Of a stretch of 47,364 bases of DNA, positions 41,200 through 47,364 are shown piece by piece. Under the pieces are notes generated by a model. It made no database searches. It saw only the letters and a program-made list of their open reading frames with translations, and had not been told where the DNA came from. The first letter of the stretch is position 1; each line of letters opens with the position of its first letter. The translations under genes and the position numbers were made by a program. This DNA comes from Parcubacteria group bacterium. Its GTDB lineage: Bacteria; Patescibacteriota; Minisyncoccia; Moranbacterales; UBA11712. Where the stretch lies: contig JBAZRT010000001.1 of assembly GCA_041662765.1 (NCBI GenBank), positions 1 to 47,364 of the forward strand, in the 5' to 3' direction.

Positions 41200-42312
41200 A
41201 TGCGTATTGCTGTCAATGCCGCTGATCTCGATCATTCGCGGATCGACGGTACGCGGATCTATATTTATAATCTTCTCAAAAATTTTGGCCCCGCTGGCTG
41301 GCGGGACCGGTTTTTGATTTATCACAAAAAAGAATTCAATTCCCAGTTGAAATTTCCGGTTTTTGAAAATTATGAAATCGCCGATATGCCGTTTCCTTTT
41401 TGGTGGACGCAGACGAGATTTGCCTGGGAAATGGTTTGCGAAAAGCCGGAGATTCTTTTCATGCCGATGCACTCGCTTCCTTTTCTGCGATCTAAAAAGA
41501 CAAAAACAGTCGTCACGATCCATGACCTCGCCTTCAAATTTTTTCCGGACCACTTTCCCAAAAAAGATCTGCGTCGTCTGAACTTTTTCACGGATTATGC
41601 GGTGATCAATGCGGACAAGATCATCGCCATATCGAACTCAACCAAAAATGATCTGCTGAAAACATATCCAAAAATAAAGGACGAAAAAATAAAGGTCATC
41701 CATCACGGCTATGACAAGGAGCTGTTCAACGAAAATATCTCACCGGAAAAAGTAGAAGAAGCAAAAACCAAATACAATTTGCCGGATACCAGATACATAA
41801 TCTTCGTCGGCACTATCCAGCCTCGCAAAAATATCGAGACGTTGCTTGAGGCATTTGAAACTTTGCGGCGCAAAAAAGAATATAAGGATTTGGGACTCGT
41901 GATCGCGGGACCCGAGGGATGGCTTGCGGAAAATATCATCGAAAAAATAAAGAATACTCCTGGCGCGGTCATGACCGGAAAATTTGAAACGGAAGATTTG
42001 CCGGCGCTTGTGAAGGGCGCCGAAATTTTTGTCCTGCCTTCGCTCTATGAAGGTTTTGGCTTGCCCGTGCTTGAAGCGATGGCTTGCGGCATACCAGTTG
42101 CCGTTGCGGACAATTCAAGCTTGAGCGAAGTGGCAGGGAAGGCTGGAATACTTTTTGACGCCCATTCAAAGAGCAAAATGGCCGAAGCAATCCAAGATAT
42201 TCTTGATGATGACCAATTGCGAAATGACCTCAGAGAAAAAGGCTTGGACCAGGTGAAGAATTTCAGCTGGGAAAAATGCGCGAAGGAAACGCTGGAATGG
42301 TTGAAAACGTAG
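41200..42312 (+). CDS. Glycosyltransferase family 4 (mannosyltransferase-like)
   Basis: Motifs seen are MRIAVNA...GTRIY..NLL, FVGTIQPRKN and PSLYEGFGLPVLEAMACG.PV. Confidence 0.85.
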   Translation: MRIAVNAADLDHSRIDGTRIYIYNLLKNFGPAGWRDRFLIYHKKEFNSQLKFPVFENYEIADMPFPFWWTQTRFAWEMVCEKPEILFMPMHSLPFLRSKKTKTVVTIHDLAFKFFPDHFPKKDLRRLNFFTDYAVINADKIIAISNSTKNDLLKTYPKIKDEKIKVIHHGYDKELFNENISPEKVEEAKTKYNLPDTRYIIFVGTIQPRKNIETLLEAFETLRRKKEYKDLGLVIAGPEGWLAENIIEKIKNTPGAVMTGKFETEDLPALVKGAEIFVLPSLYEGFGLPVLEAMACGIPVAVADNSSLSEVAGKAGILFDAHSKSKMAEAIQDILDDDQLRNDLREKGLDQVKNFSWEKCAKETLEWLKT

Positions 42313-42344
42313 AGTACGAGGCACTGCCTCGCCTCTACTCTTTT
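42311..42344. terminator. Hairpin terminator between convergent genes
   Basis: AGAGTA+CGAGGC pairs with GCCTCG+TACTCT (42311-42341), with a 4-nt bulge, and is followed by TTTT. Confidence 0.5.
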
Positions 42345-42703
42345 ACCAAAATATTTTCCGCGCCAATAAGAAGTGGAATTGAAATGACGGTTACGACCGC
42401 AATTTGCCAAATTTGCATCTTATAAAGGCTCAAAACGAGCATAATTGCGATCGTGAAAAGGATGATGTTCAGGAGATTGCGGGATATGGCCTGGAATTTG
42501 GTTTTTTCGGCTGTTTTGAACGACTTTCCAAATTCAGCGAAAAAGAATCCAATGATGAAAATAACGGCCAAGAGATATTTCGGATCGAAATGGGAGCTTA
42601 CGATTCCCGGGAGAACAAGCTCCGGGATGATCAGCAGGAAATAAGTGATCACCAAAGAAATAAGCAGGTCCTTTGTCAGTTTGTAGGAATATTTTTGCCA
42701 CAT
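42335..42703 (-). CDS. Small polytopic membrane protein (122 aa)
   Basis: It has four hydrophobic segments. No recognisable domain was seen. Confidence 0.5.
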   Translation of the reverse strand: MWQKYSYKLTKDLLISLVITYFLLIIPELVLPGIVSSHFDPKYLLAVIFIIGFFFAEFGKSFKTAEKTKFQAISRNLLNIILFTIAIMLVLSLYKMQIWQIAVVTVISIPLLIGAENILVKE

Positions 42704-42707
42704 AAAA

Positions 42708-43700
42708 TTATTGCTTGAAAAAATATCGGTTCAAAGCCGAGGCCGCGATAGTCTGAAGGGAATCTTTGATGGTTGCCATGGACCGTTCGGAAAAAAAGCG
42801 GATCCGGGAATTGTCGGGATGCACGCTGACAAGCGAGCATTTTTCGGGAAATTTTATCGAAAAATGATAGTATCTTCCAAGACCGGAAAGTGTGGCAGAG
42901 TCGAAATAGCAGGAAATGTTATTCTTTGATCCGGTAGCCTTGCATTTTGCGACATCTTCCTCGTCCGAGTCGCTTACCGGGATGGAATAGTTTTCCGGCC
43001 AGACTTTGTCGATCAACTCCTTGTTTGCGATCGGATATTTCTTTCCATCAAAAACTATATAAAGAGTATGTGATGGAAAAGATTGAAAAATTGTTCCATC
43101 CGGATGGGACATTGACCACAAAAATATTTTTTGTTCGGCGTCGGGAAGCGGGTCAAGATCGGATTTTTGGACCTCGACCAAATTATCAAAGCTATATCCG
43201 AAAGCCTGAAAAATTTCCGGGCCAGGGAAAAGAATTTTCTGTCCGTGGCTCACGAAAAATACTTCGTTGGTGGGGTTCAGGTGGAGCAGAGAACCGTTTG
43301 GAAATTTTGTTTTATTGGAGTCAAAAAGGATTTCACGCAGCCGGTTCTCATCTGTTATTGTTTCTCCGGAAGGAAAAAGAAAGGCTTGGTAGGTTTTTTG
43401 AAGAGTTATTTCAGCGTTTGAGGCTTGGCAGCTTTCTTCTTCATTTTTTTTGAAATTCATTGAAAGGTCGATATAACGATAGCTGCGAATCGGAAAAACG
43501 CCGAATGAAAGCTCTTTTGCCTGCGTATCTTTCGTGATCTCAAATTTTGAAAGCTTTTGATCGGTCGGATAGAAATTGTAGGTGTCGACGGGGAACAAAA
43601 CCAGATACATTCCGACAATCACAACCAAAGCGGGAATAGCGAAAATTGCGGTTTGGACAACTTTATAAATTTTTTTCATTTTTTCTTCTCGCATGGGCAT
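42708..43700 (-). CDS. Membrane-anchored hypothetical protein (330 aa)
   Basis: It has an N-terminal TM segment (VVQTAIFAIPALVVIVGMYLVLF) and a large extracytoplasmic part. It appears translationally coupled to the 122-aa gene. Confidence 0.55.
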   Translation of the reverse strand: MPMREEKMKKIYKVVQTAIFAIPALVVIVGMYLVLFPVDTYNFYPTDQKLSKFEITKDTQAKELSFGVFPIRSYRYIDLSMNFKKNEEESCQASNAEITLQKTYQAFLFPSGETITDENRLREILFDSNKTKFPNGSLLHLNPTNEVFFVSHGQKILFPGPEIFQAFGYSFDNLVEVQKSDLDPLPDAEQKIFLWSMSHPDGTIFQSFPSHTLYIVFDGKKYPIANKELIDKVWPENYSIPVSDSDEEDVAKCKATGSKNNISCYFDSATLSGLGRYYHFSIKFPEKCSLVSVHPDNSRIRFFSERSMATIKDSLQTIAASALNRYFFKQ

Positions 43701-43746
43701 GTTTTTATGTTAGCTGAATAAGACCAATGAGTCAAAATAGAAAAAA

Positions 43747-43775
43747 TTGTCAAGTTGCATTATTTTAGGTATAAT
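43747..43775 (+). promoter_or_regulatory. Sigma70-like promoter (TTGTCA-N17-TATAAT)
   Basis: The -35 lies at 43747-43752 and the -10 at 43770-43775, immediately upstream of ftsA. Confidence 0.6.
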
Positions 43776-43786
43776 TCAACTCAGAT

Positions 43787-45052
43787 ATGGCATTATTCTC
43801 CAAAATATTTCGCAGGCGAAGCGGGACCGGGTACGCGCTGGCTCTTGATATTGGAACAGAGGTAGTGAAGGCGCTTGTTTTCAAAATTGATGAAGAGGCG
43901 GAAAAAGGAATCGTTGTCGGTGTCGGCCGGGTACATCAAAAATTGGGAGACATGCAATCGGGAGCGGTCAGTGATATATCGGGCGTTGTTTCATCCTGCG
44001 AACGGGCTATTGCGGCGGCTGAAGAAATGGCCGGTGTGAAAAGAGTGGAACAGGCGATCATCGGGATCGCCGGGGAGCTTGTGAAAGGATCAACCACCAC
44101 AGTCCACTATGAAAGATTGAAGCCGGAAGTCCGAATCGATCTGCCGGAGCTCAAGAATATCGTCCAAAAAGTGCAGTGGAAGGCATTCGACCGCATTCGG
44201 CAGCAGCTTGCTTGGGAAACGGGACACAATGAGATCGATGTGAAGCTCATCAATGCCGCGATCGTGGACGTTCGTATTGACGGCTATCGCGTGACAAACC
44301 CTCTCGGATTTCAAGGACGCGATGTTTCAATCGGTATTTTCAATGCTCATGCGCCAATGGTGCATTTGGGAGCGCTTCAGACCATCGCTGAAGAGCTTGA
44401 TCTCGATCTTTTGAGCATTGCTGCCGAGCCCTATGCGGTTGCTCGTTCGATGGGCCTTGAAAATGCTGTTGATTTTAGCACTATTTTCATTGATATCGGG
44501 GGCGGAACGACTGATATTGCTGTGGTGCGCGGCGGTGGACTCGAGGGAACGAAGATGTTCGCGCTTGGCGGGCGAGCCTTCACAAAAAGGCTGGCGCAAG
44601 AATTGAATATCAATTTCGAGGAAGCGGAACTTCTCAAAATCAGATACGGACGATCCGAACTCGGACGCGAAGTTTCTTTGAGGCTGGAAAAAATATTTGA
44701 AGAAGATTGCCAGGTATGGCTTGATGGCGTGGAGCTTTCTCTTTCCGAATACGCCGAGAATGACCTTTTGCCCCCAAGAATTCTTCTCTGCGGAGGCGGA
44801 TCGGCTCTCCCGGGCATAAAAAAAGTTCTTCTGAGTCCCGGATGGCTCAAAAATCTCTCTTTTGCCAAGCCGCCCAATGTCAGTTTTCTGCAGCCCAAAG
44901 ACGTTGTGAATATATCGGATGCGACCAGTCTTCTTCGTGATCCGCAGGATATCACCCCGATGGGGCTCGCCAATCTGGCGATCGATTTGGTTGGAGAAGA
45001 AAAAGCTCTCTCCGCGATGCTGCGGCGAGCCGTAAAAATGATGCAAAATTAA
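43787..45052 (+). CDS. ftsA: Cell division protein FtsA (actin-like ATPase)
   Basis: Motifs seen are ALDIGTEVVKALVF (phosphate 1), FIDIGGGTTDIAVV (phosphate 2) and LCGGGSALPGI (adenosine). The C-terminal amphipathic helix is LSAMLRRAVKMMQN. Confidence 0.8.
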   Translation: MALFSKIFRRRSGTGYALALDIGTEVVKALVFKIDEEAEKGIVVGVGRVHQKLGDMQSGAVSDISGVVSSCERAIAAAEEMAGVKRVEQAIIGIAGELVKGSTTTVHYERLKPEVRIDLPELKNIVQKVQWKAFDRIRQQLAWETGHNEIDVKLINAAIVDVRIDGYRVTNPLGFQGRDVSIGIFNAHAPMVHLGALQTIAEELDLDLLSIAAEPYAVARSMGLENAVDFSTIFIDIGGGTTDIAVVRGGGLEGTKMFALGGRAFTKRLAQELNINFEEAELLKIRYGRSELGREVSLRLEKIFEEDCQVWLDGVELSLSEYAENDLLPPRILLCGGGSALPGIKKVLLSPGWLKNLSFAKPPNVSFLQPKDVVNISDATSLLRDPQDITPMGLANLAIDLVGEEKALSAMLRRAVKMMQN

Positions 45053-45064
45053 TTTTGAATTTAT

Positions 45065-46984
45065 ATGCACAAAACTCTCCACATTGATATAGATGAAGAA
45101 ATAACTTCCATAATCGACCGCGTCAGAAAGGCCGAGGTGCGGGAAGTCATTGTGGTTGCGCCGAAAAATGCTCTGCTTCTTCAGGGCATTGTCAACTTGA
45201 AATTGCTCAAGAAAGAAGCCGATCGGAGAAAAAAACAAATAATGATCATCACGCAAGATAAGGTAGGAAAAAAACTCATCGAAAAGGCGGGTATTTTGGT
45301 GCAAAGCAAGACGCCAAATGACGAATATATTGAAAATGGTCCGGAGGAAGAGGTTTATGAGTCGAAATATACAAAGGAAGCAGCTGAAATAAAACAGGAG
45401 TTGCAGGAAGAAGAAGACAAAAGAGATATTGGATCGGCTGACTTTTTTGCCGAGCCCGCAATAGAAAAAAAGCCGGAGAACTCCCAGGAAATCGCAAAGG
45501 AAGCGACAAACAAGCCGGAAATTAAAAAAGTTGAGAAAAAAAGAACGCCTGTTTCAGCTCCAAAAACAAAAAAGATCCCTCCTCGTCAACGGACAAGAAT
45601 GTCGGATATCGTGACGGGCCAGCCGGAATTTGAAATGAAGGAGGCTGAAGGCTTGGTTATTCAGGAAGAAACAGTTGAAAATGAAATTGCCGTCAAGCCG
45701 CAGAATTTTTTCGCCGAATCCCTCAGTGAGTCAAATGCCCAGCCTTCAAAAATAAGCCAGGTTTCCATGAAGAAGGCGGAAAAATTTTTCCGCGGAGCGA
45801 GGCGGATGAAAAAAGATATTGAAGTGGCCAGGGTGAACGGAAACGCAAAAAAATATTTCTTTTTTTTCGCGGGTGTCTTTATTTTGCTCGCAGGTCTTGC
45901 CGGGGCGTATTTCCTCCTTCCCAAGGCGACAATTGCCCTGGAACTCAAAAATCAGGGAAAATCTGCGGCTTTGGATATCACGGCCGACGTACAATCCGGA
46001 AGTACTGATTCCGGCAACAAGATCATACCGGCAAAGATTGAGCAAACCGAACAAGAAATAACTGGCGATTTTGATTCAACTGGTTCAAAATCAGGCGGCG
46101 CGAATGCTGCCGGAAAAGTTGTGATATACAACGAGTTTAGTCCGGAAAATCAACCGCTCGTTGCGACAACGCGCCTTGAAACAGCGGACGGAAAAATTTT
46201 TCGAATCACAAAAAATGTGGTTGTTCCGGGCGTGACCAAGGTCGGAACTGAAACCCAGCCTGGCGCGATCGAGGTGGATGTTGTTGCGGACAAAGCCGGA
46301 GAGGATATGAACATAGGCCCGTCCGATTTCAGAATTTCAGGATTCAAAAACAATCCGTCTAAATATGAAAAATTCTATGCCAAATCGACGAAAGCAATGG
46401 AAAGCGGAGGAGCAGGAGAAGCGAAAGTGATCACCGCGAGCGATATCGATAAGGCCAAGGGCGAGATCACTGCCTCTGCCAAAAAAGCGGCTGTGGCAGC
46501 GCTGAAGCAAGGTCTTGAAGCTGATCGCAAGATCTTTGACGATTCGGCCAATGTTGAAGTTTTGTCTGTTGCAATGTCGGACAATGCCGGCGCGGAAAAA
46601 GAAAAAATTTCGGCTACTGCCAAAGTACGGGCTAGTGTGCTGTCTTTTAGCCAATTGGATGTAAAAGAGATGTTGAAAAATGATCTGGCGCGCCAGGGAG
46701 CAAGCGAAGGCGCAATTTCTTTTGACGAGCCGATAAACTATATTCTGAGCGATTTTGACAATCAGCAAAAAACCTTGAAATTTTCGGCCAAAGCTGATGC
46801 CAACGCGATTTCCGGTATAGATATCGAAAATTTCAAGAAAGGAATTCTTGGAAAAACCAACGAAGAAGCGCAAAATTATGCCAAGAACTTTCCGGCGATC
46901 CAAAAGACAGACATCTCTTTTTGGCCGTTTTTCGCCAGCCGCATCCCGATGAACGGGGGAAGGGTGGATGTCGAGGTGAAGTGA
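45065..46984 (+). CDS. Bitopic hypothetical protein (639 aa) downstream of ftsA
   Basis: It has a cytoplasmic N-domain, a K/E/P-rich linker, a single TM segment (YFFFFAGVFILLAGLAGAYFLL) and an extracytoplasmic domain of about 360 aa. Confidence 0.6.
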   Translation: MHKTLHIDIDEEITSIIDRVRKAEVREVIVVAPKNALLLQGIVNLKLLKKEADRRKKQIMIITQDKVGKKLIEKAGILVQSKTPNDEYIENGPEEEVYESKYTKEAAEIKQELQEEEDKRDIGSADFFAEPAIEKKPENSQEIAKEATNKPEIKKVEKKRTPVSAPKTKKIPPRQRTRMSDIVTGQPEFEMKEAEGLVIQEETVENEIAVKPQNFFAESLSESNAQPSKISQVSMKKAEKFFRGARRMKKDIEVARVNGNAKKYFFFFAGVFILLAGLAGAYFLLPKATIALELKNQGKSAALDITADVQSGSTDSGNKIIPAKIEQTEQEITGDFDSTGSKSGGANAAGKVVIYNEFSPENQPLVATTRLETADGKIFRITKNVVVPGVTKVGTETQPGAIEVDVVADKAGEDMNIGPSDFRISGFKNNPSKYEKFYAKSTKAMESGGAGEAKVITASDIDKAKGEITASAKKAAVAALKQGLEADRKIFDDSANVEVLSVAMSDNAGAEKEKISATAKVRASVLSFSQLDVKEMLKNDLARQGASEGAISFDEPINYILSDFDNQQKTLKFSAKADANAISGIDIENFKKGILGKTNEEAQNYAKNFPAIQKTDISFWPFFASRIPMNGGRVDVEVK

Positions 46985-46998
46985 AAAGAAACGGGCTA

Positions 46999-47026
46999 TT
47001 GACAAAAAATACTGAGAGTTTATAAT
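46999..47026 (+). promoter_or_regulatory. Sigma70-like promoter (TTGACA-N16-TATAAT)
   Basis: The -35 lies at 46999-47004 and the -10 at 47021-47026. Confidence 0.55.
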
Positions 47027-47135
47027 AACTCCAGAGTTAAAAACAGCTCAAAAGAAAGATATTCAAGCCCTTGGATTGATCCGCAGACAGTGAAGAAACG
47101 ATCTTCTAATGGGGCAAAGGCCTTTGTTTTTATTT

Positions 47136-47354
47136 ATGTCAAATGACAAGGAAATAATCAGGTTGGACGGGGTGGTGAGAGAAACCCTCCCAAGCACCAC
47201 TTTCAAGGTGGAACTTGAAAATGGACACGAGATTTTGGCGCATATTTCCGGTCGCATGAGGGTGAACTACATCCGTCTTCTGCCGGGAGACAAAGTCACC
47301 GTCGAAATGAGCCCCTACGACCTGACAAAAGGACGAATAGTAAAACGACTATGA
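47136..47354 (+). CDS. infA: Translation initiation factor IF-1
   Basis: [72 protein letters not shown] is 72 aa with the canonical S1-fold IF-1 sequence. The ATG at 47136 lies within the longer ORF. Confidence 0.9.
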   Translation: MSNDKEIIRLDGVVRETLPSTTFKVELENGHEILAHISGRMRVNYIRLLPGDKVTVEMSPYDLTKGRIVKRL

Positions 47355-47364
47355 AAGTACGAGC

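Noticed and set aside
47086-47135. The hairpin-like CAAAGGCCTTTG plus T-run just before infA could be an attenuator.
   Set aside because: The palindrome leaves no room for a loop beyond about 4 bp of stem, which is too weak to call.

Overview
This 47.4 kb window looks like a Patescibacteria/CPR-type chromosome segment; that assignment is an inference from gene content. Sampled lines are about 40% GC by hand count. Operons are compact and mostly on the + strand, and several promoters fit TTGACA-N16-18-TATAAT.

The low-GC backbone carries:
- housekeeping genes: mnmA, a short alaS, rpmG, tRNA-Trp, ftsA and infA
- a SipW / TasA-like secreted-fibre locus (5.8-12.0 kb)
- a HlyD + ABC + two FtsX-permease export operon (20.2-24.8 kb)
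- a large surface-glycan cluster (25.2-42.3 kb): DUF4012 protein, two Wzz-like proteins, a Wzy/O-antigen-ligase-like protein, three GT4 enzymes, an IPT/TIG protein, rfbC-B-D-A and galU

Two GC-richer islands interrupt this backbone (sample lines 31/60 and 34/60 GC against 24/60 in the flank). Both encode diderm-type envelope proteins.
- Island 1 (about 13.5-17.8 kb) encodes a processive GT2 synthase (QxxRW), an unknown 369-aa secreted protein, a small beta-barrel-like protein ending in an aromatic residue, an SLT lytic transglycosylase and a BamD-like TPR lipoprotein. I read it as a candidate, undescribed synthase-dependent exopolysaccharide export module.
- Island 2 (about 27.5-31.3 kb) encodes a 760-aa secreted W/G/Y-rich protein with a proline-rich tail, a 129-aa secreted protein and an L,D-transpeptidase. 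It sits behind a leader with two 30-nt direct repeats.

Island 1 abuts a tRNA-Thr(GGU) gene that is split in the anticodon loop by a 198-nt insert. The insert has the helix order of a group I intron.

No CRISPR array, integrase, transposase or rRNA gene was seen. All functional calls come from reading motifs by eye; no database search was run.
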